Shown: positions 12,441 to 26,200 of the stretch, piece by piece
Position numbering within the stretch: position 1 is the stretch's first letter
Layout: each line of letters opens with the position of its first letter
Source: Phoronis australis
Taxonomy: Eukaryota; Animalia; Phoronida
Length of the DNA stretch: 64,000 nt
Direction: 5' to 3'
Assembly (NCBI GenBank): GCA_002633005.1
Contig: NMRA01000035.1
Coordinates: 835,059-899,058, forward strand
The notes under the pieces: generated by a model
Told to the model about the DNA's origin: nothing
The model's database searches: none
Seen by the model: only the letters and a program-made list of their open reading frames with translations
Position numbers and translations under genes: made by a program

Positions 12441-12722
12441 AAGACCTTTGGATAATTAGTTTCACTGTCCCAGACTGCAAAACTTTCACAAATATAAATA
12501 TGATCCGGCTTGTTCCTTACTCAGGTTGAAAGTGATTTAAGCACTTTGGATTGATAATTGTAATATTTTGACACCCAGATATCATGCTTTCTAGAACTTG
12601 GGTCAGCAATCTTTTCAGACCGTTAATCATGAGGTCACGTCTGTAGGGTACCTCTTCAATGCCCAATATCAAAAAAGTTACAGAATACACATTTTAATAT
12701 TCTCACAATACAATATGTTTTG

Positions 12723-12739
12723 ATTAAAAACTTTTTATT
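12723..12739. terminator. Back-to-back candidate polyadenylation signals: ATTAAA (+, 12723-12728; TSEN2) and AATAAA (-, 12734-12739; OSBPL1A-like)
   Basis: Hexamers read directly in tgATTAAAaacttTTTATTg, between the two stop codons; use in vivo is not shown. Confidence 0.45.
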
Positions 12740-13279
12740 GCTGTGACTTGAATATTTACATCACACAAGTCGCCATCTTTAAATTGTAACATTTTAAGTT
12801 TTAATCAGTGAAAAGACTTAATTACCGAACATATGTGAATACTCTATCACAGCCTCTGCCAAATCTGACAAATTTTCTCACTTCCTTAAATAAATAAAGA
12901 GTAGAGATTTCTTCAGGAAAAATAGGAACTATATAACATCTCTAAACAACATGACCAAAAACCAGCATCCAAGATTCAGAAAAAATATTGTGTTTTCATG
13001 GCAAACCTGACTACCAAGGTTTTTATCGTTTCATAAGCCTATTGCTTCAAGCATAATCTCTGCTACAAGAAAAGATGGCCGTTACAAAAACAACTTGGAA
13101 CCAGTTTTGAATTTTAAGACATTTGTGGCAGTTACAATGTTTTTTGTAATACATTCAAAATTTAAGTACTTGGAAAATACTGCAAATGCCCCGAAATATT
13201 TCACATGCTAGCTATTGCACAAACACCCACAAAACTACAACTGAAGACCACAAAGTCCACCAGATGGTGCTGGTGCAAT

Positions 13280-13600
13280 GATAGTCATTCCTCTGTAAAT
13301 GCATGTGTTCCATAAGTCGCATATGACTTGTGCCCCACTAATACCCCTCACAGGTCACCAGCATTCGGTTATCACCCTATTCAAGTAATAAAGAGACTAT
13401 ATTAGCACCACCTAGTGAAAATTATAACCAACAGAATGTATGACAGTCGTACCTTCATAAATGCATGCGTTTCATTATTCTCACAAGACTTTGTAACGGC
13501 CAAAAGAGGGCGACACCATTCTGTTCCCACTCCATTAACGTAATAACAAACCGACTATTTGTACCACCTAGTGAAAGTAAGTCTCTAACAGAATGTGATA
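13280..13600. repeat. Diverged tandem duplication of about 160 bp in the OSBPL1A-like 3' UTR
   Basis: Blocks taaatgcatg, gactat, accacctagtgaaa and aacagaatgt each recur about 160 bp apart. Confidence 0.65.
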
Positions 13601-14123
13601 TGTTTATTTAACGCTGGCAAACAGTAAGTTTTACGAACTGCATTCCAAGATCCACAACTATTAGGGCTTGTTTTGCAAAAAATGAAAAACTCTAGTCTCG
13701 TGACTACAGGGAAAGACCAGAAATCTACCTTCAACGAATTCCTGGTCATGTGCATATTTTCTATCAATTGCAGTGACTTCTATATTCTATTATTCAACCT
13801 GATTTTTGTGAAATGGATTTCAACAGCCAACAAAACTACTATCTGAAGTTGAAGACAAAGGTCATTTTGATTACATGGCTACAGGATCTTGTGTTGCCTT
13901 TGTAAAATAATCAACACACCGAACAGTTACTGACACACTCGGTAATGACTTATTCCAGTGCTGTGGTTGAAAGTGACCTTAGCAACACCGTGGCAACTGA
14001 GTATTTTGAGCCACATTGTTACGGCTCCCCGTGATATGGCCTAGTCTCTTATCTTCACAAAACCATCTTTGTTGAATTGCATCTTCCCGATAATCATCTG
14101 ACCAGCACAAAACTTGTGTTGTT

Positions 14124-14226
14124 TCAAAAGATGTCCGGACAACTAGACCACTCCCGTTTGTCGTAATTGTGATTAAATATCCAGTCTTCTTTTTTCGTGT
14201 AAGCATTGGTAGTTGATTTGAACCAC
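14124..14226 (-). CDS. OSBPL1A: OSBPL1A-like last coding exon ([17 protein letters not shown]...CPDIF*)
   Basis: Acceptor ttgcag; terminal PDIF followed by TGA. Confidence 0.95.
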
Positions 14227-17200
14227 CTGCAATAACCAGATATGAGCTATGTTAAAGACTGTGAGGTGACAGTAACTTACAAGGGCCTGGATTTTTGTGA
14301 ACCAGTTTGATGCCGGTTATTCAGTGGAGAAAACTGGTTCTCAAAATGCAGGACCCCTCCAAGTAACTATTACCCTCTGTGGCTGCAGTTATTAAGGAGC
14401 AAATATTTGTTCAGCCAATGGCTGAGCTGGATCACCATTTCTGTTCCACTATTATTTTTCAGTCATAGTTGATTTTGTAACACAAACAAGAAATTATGAA
14501 CGTAACTTGTTCAACATACAAGCTCAGAGAGAGAATCTGCTCACAAGGACACTTCAGGGTGTAAACATCTACTAATACACGTCCCATGTTGTATTGGTTT
14601 TTACTTCTGTTCGAGTAATATCAAATATTAAGCAAATATGTTTTCACTTCTGTTCAATCAATATCAAATACTAAGCAAACATGTTTTCACTTTTGTTCAA
14701 GCAATATCAAAGACTAAACAAATACGTTTTCACTTCTGTTCAAGCAATATCAAATACTAAGCAAATATGTTTTCACTTCTGTTCAAGCAATATCAAATAC
14801 TAAACAAATACATTTTCACGTCTGTTCAAGCAATATTAAAGACTAAACAACATCAACCTGGGAGTCCACTCGTCCTTGTCCTTTTTCCTGGCCTTCCGCG
14901 CCGCTCTTTGCTTCTCTTCCAGTCTCACTTTCTCTTCAGCCGCGGCTTCTACAAACACACAAAGGCAAACGTGACTAGCACACCTATATTTAGACAACAA
15001 ACACATGGAGACACATATGTTACCATGACAACAATGTACACTGAATGGGCCCACAGTGGCGTACAGAAAATACCGCATTACAAACCCTTGCCAAGAATGT
15101 TAACAAGTTAATGACACAGCATAAATCAAAACTAAACTCAGGCAGCCAAAATACTTTGACAAAATCTAACCAATTTAGGACACAGTATAGCGGACAAGTT
15201 TATTTCTTTTCTCATTGTTATAAATGATATACAGTACCAGAATGATGCTTTGCCATACACAGCTACCGTCAATAAATATTTTGAAAAATTGTGGGCATTC
15301 ACAACGATGTTCGAAGCCTTCGAAAAATGAAAACGTGTATTTCTGTCCAAAATTGGCGGGATTATACCATTCATTTTGCAAAGAGCGAGTAGTGTATGAC
15401 CTACCTATATTGCCTTGTTCGAGCATGCGAATGTCGGGCCGCATTCGACAGTCTGTGGGGGGAAGAATTGGCCTCAGATCATCGTGCATTTCATTCAGCG
15501 TCATGGCAAACGAGGTAAAACTGAAATACTATAGAGGAACACACGCATAAATATTCGTAGTAAACAAGTGATAACAGCTCCTTCTGTGGAAAACGACCTA
15601 TCGCAAGCTCCGCCCCCTTGCGAAATGTCGACAAACAATAAATTTTACCCGGCAATGTGTTGTTTGTCGGGTAAAATGGCGGCTTGGAAACGAAGGTGTG
15701 TCAAGAATGCTGCGTTCTGATTGGTCACTTAAGCCGTAACTCAAAGTCCTGGCGATAGGTCAATTACTAAGCAGTAGTACACTCTGAAGATGCAATACCA
15801 AACAAAAGTTAGAGGATTGGGTTGTTTGTAAGATGAAGCCAACGACAAATACAGGAAATTGTGAATATGTCAATTACTCAGTTTGGAAGAAAATAACCCA
15901 AAAATAGAGATTTTTCTATACATAAAAGGCTTACTGCAGTGCTACAAACGTTCATAATTTGGTGACAGTGATGTCGCACATGCAAAGGACATTATTGGAT
16001 ACTAAACTTTTGGCAAAATTTTGTATCGAAATTGGCAAAAACGAAATTTCACTCGTCTGCCATGTCTTGTCCTTAATTGGAGAACCTTCACCAACGTTGA
16101 AACAAAAGAATAACATTCTGCTGCAGAATATGGAGTCTTCTTTCCAGTCAAAACTTTGATAACGATTGCAGTGTTTTAATGTTCTGACCAATCATGATCA
16201 ATCACCAGGGGGCAAACAGAGCTTAACAGGGCCGACAGTTCCTAGAACAGCCAGGTGGCGCCCGTTGCATTGCCAAACAGTAGATATTTTCTCATATTTA
16301 ACTGAGTGATTAACCAAACAGGTTCTAATAAAATCTTTTGCTGGAAAATACCTCTTGGGGCAGTCTCATCTATGACAAGAAATAAAACGGTTCTATTAAC
16401 CTTGTCGGAATGTTCAGGCCTGTTGTCTGCTTGCCACAGACACATCTGGCCAGGAAGTTTGAGGTCTGTGTTGGACGCCTTCTTTGGAACGCCCTTGTGG
16501 TCGACAACTGAAGATTCAGCTGCAGCTGGCATGCCATTGGATAGCACCTGCATGAGGAAATGGGATCCGTTTCAATTCCTTGCGGTCCATGAAAACTCTC
16601 CAGAAATCGGCAGTAGTCACTTACGGGTTTCCCAGATTTTGAGAACCAGTTTGATGCCCGTTATTCAGTGGAGAAAACTGGTTCTCAAAATACAGGACCC
16701 CTGTAAGTAACTATTACCTAGAAATCATTGCACCAGCAAAAACCAACGCACAAGCTATATTGGAAATGAGTCAAATTAGGTGGTACTTTTACCAATGGAA
16801 AATACAGTAAGATGATCGAGAAATGAAACCAATGGTTTTTACATCTTTAGTTTTGCTTCTTACGTCATGATCTTACCAAAAATCTGTCTATTACGCTGAT
16901 CATCCCATAAACTCCACGTGCATCTCTTTCAGTTTAATTGGGTCAAACGATGCAAAAACTAAGCTTCACGTGAACATTGCAGTAATTATGAAATATTTCG
17001 CATGAAATATTTGTTAAAACACAATTATCATTTCTCGTGTAATTAAAAACAATCAGATCTTATGCAACTAAAATAAGTTTTTTAACTCAAAACTGAATAC
17101 TGTGCACATAACAATAGTTAAAGGAACAAAACACATACGTTGTACACTATCACCTATCACCCATGAGGAATCCAAATTAAATGAAACAAAACATACCTTC

Positions 17201-20200
17201 GGATGGTGCACAAATCAACAAATCACACCAACGGAGACAAGTTCCACAGTTGGTAATTTGCCAAGAATTAGACTAGGGAAGAGCAAGTGGCACGAATGAC
17301 TTGGTTCTTTGTCCAACTTGTTCATACTTACCACAGCCAGGTATGCAACAGGGTGGATGTACCACAGGATACTGAGTGAACTCTGTTTACGCACCACCAA
17401 ATGCGCGCCAAAGACCCAAAACCACCTAACTGTGCGCGAGACTTGAATCGAAAATTGATCAGTCGTATTTTGGAGTGGAATCTTGAGTTTAGTCATGGTG
17501 GTTACGGGCCTAGCTGTAGATTGGGTAGTTTATCAGAAAATGGTCCATAAAATGTTAAATTTGAAGGGGTAATTAGAATAATTAAGGTGTGTACAAAGTG
17601 CGGTGGTGCATAAACTAAGTATTGCTTTTGTCTGAAATCAGCAACCAGTCATGCATAGACATTCCGTGGTCATTTTGATGAAGGCAAACAAATTTCGGTT
17701 TATGAGTGCAGACATAAAGTCCAAAAAGAATTGTAACGTTAGGACAAACGCCAACATTTATAGCGAGATGGTATAAAACGAAAAATGAAAACAAGTTTGG
17801 AAATTAAATGACATTGAAACTCAATAACGTACTTAAAAATAAAATGCAAATAAATACCTTTAAACAAAAATAAAATAAATGCGAAAAAAAAGAAATCCAC
17901 AGAATGTCATAATGCAACAAGTTGACCTCACCTCCTGACTTAAACTTTTGACGAACGGAAGTTTGGGCGCTTCAAACTTCCTGGAGAACAAGGACTTTTC
18001 AGTTTTTTTCTCACTTTTCTCAAGACGTTTTAAGTGCGACTTCCATACCTCGGGTTCAATGCTGTAGAAAGCGTCTGTCCAGCTACCATAAAGACACTTC
18101 ACTTCTTTATTTCTGAAAACGCGGTTGACCGAAGGGATTAGTGTGAATGATAAAGTTCACTTCACACAACAGAAAGTACAGTTATAAAGCATAATCTGTC
18201 AATGAAAGCAATATCCTGATAATTAATGTCTTTCATTAGCCTTGTAAATGAATGACCACAATGTATTTGAGGGATCCAGAATTTTTTAAAAAATAATAAT
18301 TGAAGACATGAGTGTGGTGTGAACGAGTCTATTAAGGTTCTCATCGTGCCTTTTGAACACTATTGACTGCCAGTGCTTTTAAAGCCAAAAAACAGAGCCA
18401 ACCGTACAACACCTGCTGAGGCATGGAGCAAGATCGTTCATGATTAAATGCCAAAACCTCGCATAAAAGTTGATAAAATTTGGACAAACACAATGAAGGT
18501 ACTGGCTTACAAATGTGCCGCTTTACATTACTACAGTAAAAATTATCATTCTTGAGAAAATGAAGTTAATAATTTTGCTCGAAGTTGGAGCTTGTACCAA
18601 CTCTAAAAAATGGGCAATATTGGCTGCACCAAATTCAAGAATTACGATCAATGACAACGCTGAAATCGCACACGCTCCAATCTTCAGAACCAAAAATCAA
18701 ATTTCGGCTTGAATTTCGATGCCTCAAATTTTATAGACTGTCCAAATTGGAGAATTTTTACCGAACACCATGTATCAAGTAGTTGACTGCTTCTGAAGTT
18801 AGTCTCTATGCCAGAGACTTGATGAGTTTTCAAGTTGGTGAATGTTTGTCTCGGACCTCATTGCCCTGTGTGTTTTTGGTTTAATCAAAAACAGATATTG
18901 GTTTTAAAACAGTTACAGGAAAGAGAGCAACATTTTGACCTAATTACAAAACCCCTGAATACAAGACGGAGAGACATGGCAGCGGTAGTCATTAGTTACA
19001 CGACACAGTGTTTGTGTAATTCATTTATGGCTGCTGTGGCTAGCATTGTGGTCACAAACACTATTTATTTCAGTTTGGAGTTGACAATATAATACCACGT
19101 CACTGCATATCAAATGACTTTGAAAGAGATACGATTATCTGAAGACAAAGTGCATCGATAAACACACATACCAAATTGCTCTTAAATCGCACTTTTAAAC
19201 ACAAAAGCCACCACATGTTCGTGCAAGCTACACACAGGTAATTTTGGTAGATCATCATTTATCATAAAAGATGTTTTATGAGAAGCCATATGCATCGTTT
19301 CCATGGAATTCATATGAACGGTATATGATATAAAAGGTTGACTAGTATTCATAATAACTGTAAATATAAATCACATCAACCAAAGTGGGAGTGTAGAAGA
19401 ACTCACTTCTCGTCATATATTGCCCCCTCTAGCTTGTGGAGGTCCTTGTGAAACCAGCCGGATGGCTTGAAATGGATCACAGCCTTGTGATTGGTTGTGT
19501 GATTCACTACCTCCATAGTTCCATGCTGCAGACATTATTAATTATTCAGTAACTAATTAAAAGGCCAGGCGCCAAGTTGTAGAACATCAATTTAATTAAT
19601 CACTGCAAGGGGAGACGACGTAGCTCATTGGCTTCAAAGTTGGGACTTTCCTGAGGGAGACTTGTGTTCAAACCCTGGCTTCACTAGCACACAAATGAGC
19701 ATTGCCTAAAAGTGGCTCTTACTACACTGAGCAGTACATGTGCAGGGGAATGAATGAGAGTCAGGGGTCTCCTTCATGAAAAGTGATTTGAGACTGAAAT
19801 TTGCTCTTATGCTCCCACTTCACAATCATGGAATAAAGTTTTTACCATGGATGTAACTGCTAGTACACAATAACATGAAATAATTAGAACTTACAGGTAT
19901 ATTCTCAAGTACTTTGTATTCTTGCTAAAGTGAGATTTAAATATTTTCAGACAGTTAACGGATGGAAACACATTCAATAACAATAAAAATAAAAATAAAA
20001 AGGAAATTGAAATGGAGAATTCAAAACAAATGACAATTCTCACATGCTCCACCCACAGTTTTCCGACAATAATATTGTGTACGCTGCAGTTGACATTATG
20101 CCATGTGTAGACTTCGTTGTTATGTCTGAAAGAAATGGAAAGTTCCATTATTCAAAATGTCACAAACCAACAGATTGTCTGCTGTAAAAACATCCCCATT

Positions 20201-23200
20201 TCAGGGAAAGGAAACAATGCAGTGTTCCAACTTATACATTCTCTGGCCAACCGTGGCGTTGACACGGACAGGGCATTTTTGAACTCCAAATGTCGATGTT
20301 ACTGTCTTTTGAACACACAAATCTGGGGAGTAATCTGAATAGGTATGTGACACATAATTCTCAACAAGCTTAGTGCTCATGTCCAGTCGAGTGTTGTTGA
20401 TGTCAGCAAACAAATTCAATCTCACATCGACAAATTTGGGGTATTCCATCTACTGCAGCGTGCGCTGCTGTCACTTTTCAAATTGCAGATGGGGACAGTT
20501 GTCGGCTCGCAACCATCGGATGACATCACAGATGGCTTAGTGACGTGTAAACAATATGATGGATAACAACACTTGCCACTTGCCAGCACCAGAATTAAAA
20601 GCCCAGTCTACTGCAACGTGTTTTGAGGTGTGTACTTTAAGCAACCATCATCAAAAAGTGAAAGTGAGCCTCAAAATCCATCGAATTCATTACATAGATA
20701 CAAAAATCTTTTGCGCAAAGATTCTCGAGGCACATGGCACCATCACGACAATACTAAAGCTCGCCATCTTAAATGCAAATTACAAACCAACTTATACGTC
20801 ACCAAGTGATCTACAATGTTTAGAAGCCAAAAACCATTCCACAACGACAGCAGCACCACCAATCAAGGAAGATTTGCGGCAGATGCGACACCTCGAATGT
20901 TAACCAACTGCTTAGGGCTGTTCCAGCAAAATCTGTATGGGAGGGGGGGAAGGCACTTTTATTTCGTACCCACCGCCCATATTTTTCATTTATTTCTCCA
21001 ACCCATGACCCATAATTTTTTAATTATTTTTAATATGTTAAAATATAAAATCCAACAATTGCAAACAAATTGCCTCCAGGAGGACTTGTTAAGAACTTAG
21101 ATGATTGACAGACAAGAGCTAGTTGTCTTGTTCAATATTGTCAAAAACTAAAGTAGTCTGTGAGCAATACTTTTGGCAGCCACCAGGTGTCTCTGTTCAC
21201 CATGTGTCTATAATTTCAATAAACATTTTTTCAATTATAAGGATCTATGAATCTCAAACTGTCTCCACGAACTCTTTTATACTTCTATGTCAAATGAATA
21301 TTGGAACTTGTTTAACTTACTCCTCATACTTTTTATTTAAAAACCATCAATTTTCTTATATGTGTTAACACCAGTTTAGTGTTGCATAACTTTTCAATTC
21401 AATAGGACTGCAGACAAACAGTTGGCTCAAATCAAGTTGCCCATGACTTGATTAATGGCTTAGTGAACATATTGCACTCTGTTCACTGGCAATATGGGCT
21501 TTTTTGTATTGGGATAAGTTAGGATATATGCCAGTTGCATTTTTTGAGTTTTGACACTGAAGAAACCAACCTGTAAACATCAACAGGTCAAAAAATACCA
21601 CCCATTTTTAATGCATCACTTTTTACAGGAACGACCACCCATAATTTGAGTTTTTTTTCGGAAGACCACCACCCATGAATTTTTATTTCTACTGCCGTCC
21701 CCCCCTCCCACACGGATTTTACTGGAACAGCCCTTACTCATTGAACCATAATTTTTAATAAAATCTCCTATAGACGTGTTCTATCAACACTCTGACGTAG
21801 CACAGTATATAATACAGACACCTTTAAGGAGCATTCAACATACATGTCTATAACTAACTTACTTTTTAAATTTGACTGTGACTAAACCTCGAGGCTGCAC
21901 TTCGACACACTTGCCCCAGAACTTCAACTTGGGCTGTATGGACCCATGGAATGTATAACTTGGTGACTCGCAGTGGAATGCACTCACTGGGGGGTGATGA
22001 CTAACTTGTTCGCAGACGACTTTGATACCTAGATCATCTCTGCCAAGGATAAAACAAAAAATGAAGTGTGTTCCGAGACAATTTAAATTACTTTATTGAG
22101 AATTCAAATTTGAATTATTTTTTGCAACAATGGCACCAACTGAATGTAACATGTGCCTGGGTTTTGAGCGTGTAAATGGTTGAATCTCTTCCCGATGCCC
22201 TCGAGTTAGTAACCAAAAACTCGAGCTTGTCTCACTCCCAATTGCAATTGGATACATAAAATATATGTCATTTTGCAGGTAAATTGCCCATAAACACGCT
22301 ATTTCCAGATGGCGGACTCCCAATCCCATGGGGACCATGGTCACCTGACTTTCTCACACAAATTTGAACTCTGCGTTATTGTACAAACTGGATATGCAAC
22401 ATGTACACACAAAGTTCTTCAACAATACTGTTCACCACCATGATAGGTAACAATAATTTCTCTTCCACCTTTTTTTAAACTTCATAGCTTAAACAAAAGC
22501 TATTACTCAGACGCGTTACGTAATGAAAGACACTCGCGAGACACTTGACTGTGATGATAAATTGTCATTTTCGAGATTTTGCATTTCTTGACTGATCTCG
22601 CTTTTCTTGCGAGAAACTTGCTCTGCGTAATGCACAACAGATTTCATGGATTCATGTTATTGTCGTAACCTACCTCTCTAACTCGTATGTTTCACCTAGT
22701 AAAGGGTTGAACGGCTTGCCCAGTCTTTCCCAATTGGATGCACTAGCTGACACAGCAAAGGCAGCTACTAGCTACAACAATGATAATAGAAATAAATACA
22801 CATTAAAATGTAACCATTGAGTTTATCTAATAACACTGATGGTAAATACATTACACGGGTTACAGAATTACACATTTTAATGTTGGAGTATTTTTTTTAC
22901 CACAATGCCAGTTACATATCCTGCTAGACAGTGTAATGATGCGAATAGTATTGTCTGTAGAAGCGAAAAGCAACGTATTAAGGACTAAGGTAATTTCAAA
23001 AATTGAAATCACCACTTGACCTGAGTGAATTCATTTACCGTTAGCCTGAGGCTTTGTGTAATATAGTCCCCTGTCAGTTTTTCAAGCTATGAATAACGAT
23101 TCGATGGGTTTGTATTACCAAATGTCGAAAGTCCGGTTGCAGCCAAGACATTTGTAGGCACGCTATTGCAAATGCGCCGCTGCATTTTTTAAGAGCACTG

Positions 23201-26200
23201 CTACTAACAGATGTCAGCGATTAATATAGGCAGACGTCAGCGATTATTACAGGCATGAGCACCCTATCTTCATATACCATGTTAATGAATTGTTTGTCAA
23301 TAAAAGCTTAAGATACAACCGTCTTACCCAAGAGCAGGAAATAAACTGGAGCACAAATCCATAAGTAGCAAAATCAAGACAACAACTAAGCATTGCTGTG
23401 TAATTTGACTTCTAGTGAATGCCCAAAGTTTTAAAAGGCTTAGCACAGTATCATTTCCATTGAATCATTATTCAAAGGTGTAGCTCGAAAAATGGCACAG
23501 GGACTATGAGACACAAATCCACAGACTTGAACGAACTCACACAAGGCAAGTGGTGATTCAAGTTGTTGAAATTACGTCAGTCCTTAATGCTTCGCTTTTC
23601 ACTTCAATTGACAACACTATTTGTACCATTACACCATCTGGAAGCATATACATCACTGGTAACAATGGGTGAAGAAACACTCCAGAAACTGGATCCTTTT
23701 CAACACCAAAATTTGCATACCAGGTTTTCGTATTTGGCCCCTTCCTCTCGTACTCACCTCCAATCTCCGTATGGGATCCTCGCATGCCGCTGCCTGATCC
23801 AGAAGTTGCGAGTACTCCATGTATTCAGTAATCCTCTGTAGAAAGCTTAACGGTTCATTAAATACTACGGGCATAGTCACTTTGGACAGCTCCTGAAACA
23901 TGAAGTGGAAGTGATTATGACTACGCAGAACCCAGCATAGTGGCGACCACTTCGATGTACTGACAATAAAGGTGGCTAAGGACATGCCTTGAAATGTAAT
24001 GGCTCAACAGTGACGACACAAGGTTAGAGTTACAAACAATCTCACTGCCAACCTAACAAATAGTACTACGGATCACACAGCACTCCATTTGATGTTCAAA
24101 CAAGGAACCAACACATTATCTAACTTGTCATCAACCTCTAACCAGTCGAGACCAATACCAACCAGTAAGTAAAAAGTTAATAGTTTACAAGCCGTGGGGG
24201 CTCACCTGGCGGCTTGCTAAATCTGATTTCTATACCGCGTGAGCGAAGAGTCTCTCAACTTTCTATGGGACTGGACAAAAGTCCATTGCAGGTTACTTCC
24301 CAGTCATGATTGTTAAAAATTTATGCAGCTGAGTCAACCCAACCACAGGACTGAAGCAGCCAGGCATCAAACTCACAATATTTCACTATGGAGCCCACCA
24401 CACTCACCTAATGAGCCACAGAGGGCGCTACTACAGCAGTTCCACCACACTCACCTAATGAGCCACACAGGCACTACAATAGCAGTGAGTGATAAGAATC
24501 CAACATGTCTTTCGACCTCGAAAATCAACACAAACGATATCAGTGACTTGAAATTAGAACAGGCATCAGAATGCAAAACAGAAAAAGAATTTTGAAAAGT
24601 AAAAACGCATCGTGACTCGTACCTTTCCTATACATTGCTTGAGTATACTCCAGACGCTGTAGTCGCTTCTTGAGAACATAGGGGCAGGAAGACAGGCCCT
24701 ATGGAAGAAAAAAAGAAGTGGTTAAATCACACACAGCGCACTGTGCAAGATGCTAACAGAAACGGGGAACCTAACATCTGCCCAACAGCCATAGAATCCC
24801 AACCGTGGATAACTGTGCAGGCAGAAATACGTAACCAACTGCTTGGTCTAGCTGAAAAGTACCAACTCTGCTAAAACTGAAGAATAATTCACAGAAAAGT
24901 TATTCTTGCTGAGAAATGTTACAAAATCAATTTTCACTTGTCAGCAATTATCAAAAAATTACCATAAATTCCTTCAGCGCTACAGTAATTCTTCACCTTA
25001 TAAGCACAAAACAAATTTTTCTGTCAAATTTCTTAACAAAAATACATATTAAGACAATGTTAGTCTTTCGCTAGCATGATTTGTACCGAGTAAATGACAT
25101 AAAAGTGCATTTGGCAAAATTTCCAACATTTGCAGTAAAGTAATTGGCATTAGAAAAATAGAAAAATGATACTTTTGGTAAATATTGTTGTGCGAAATAA
25201 GTGAAGAATTATAGTAGAAGACGGAACGAAATGTCACGGTAAATTCCACGTAGGGGATGATGCAAATGAACAAAACAGTAAATTGCATAATTCTAAAGTC
25301 CACCAACTCAAAGAAGTTACCAGAAGTTACCTATTCCCTAACGAGCCAACAATGACCAACTATGCATACTCAAGCTAAGCATTGGATATTTTAAAATACA
25401 TATTGCAACTGTGTATATACGCTGTCCAGGCCAATGTGTCTGTTTGATGTTGTAGTTAAATTTTCATGAAGACATTATGTAGGGCTGAGTGTGACGCCAT
25501 TTACTAGACAAGCTATGACGCACATCATGTCTGCAGATTTCTTATTGGTGCAATAACAAAATTCTCTTGAGTTACGCATTCTGGTCTTTTTAGAACAGCA
25601 AAAAATTGCACATGTTGATTTGGTTTTCAGCTGAAACAAAATTGTAGCTGAAAACAAAAATAATATTGACTGTGTAAATACATTCAGCAGTTGAAGAGTT
25701 AAGAACCGTGGTCCTTCGTTTGAAACACCGACCATAAAATTTATCTCATAAGAAAAAGTGTTTGCAATTGAAATTTAATTATGATGCAAAAAACCATGCC
25801 CATAGTACCATAGGTAATATTTGCAAACATTGGTGTGAATGTCTCGGATAAAATAGAAAACAGGAAGTTTATTCGCATCCACTGTTTCACATCTTCAACA
25901 TTAACCAAAATGCAATTTCAGCCAATAACCAGCAACTGAGTGGATTAACACTTGTGACGAAGAAAACAATTATCGATTGAGCTACTGAGTGTGAAATGAG
26001 TTAAATCAATACGTAATGTATTTAATATGTTACATAAAAAGTAATAAGATTGCTGACCTCATTGTACCCACCTTAAAATGCCCAGGGGTCTCCAAATGTC
26101 CAGGGGTTTCCTAAAGGTAGTACCAACCTTAAATATGCAGAGGTCTCCTAAAGCTAGTACCAACCTTAAATATGCAGAGGTCTCCTACCGCTAGTATTAA

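Noticed and set aside
14598-14848. CRISPR-like regular repeat
   Set aside because: Units are contiguous with no unique spacers, there are no cas genes, and the context is a eukaryotic intron.
17332-17382. Possible 51-nt in-frame ORP cassette exon ([17 protein letters not shown]) with a gtaagt donor
   Set aside because: Poor polypyrimidine tract, no similarity to ORP sequence, and the flanking exons already join in frame.
19610-19690. Functional tRNA gene next to a tRNA-splicing gene
   Set aside because: Stems do not pair into a cloverleaf; better explained as a SINE remnant.
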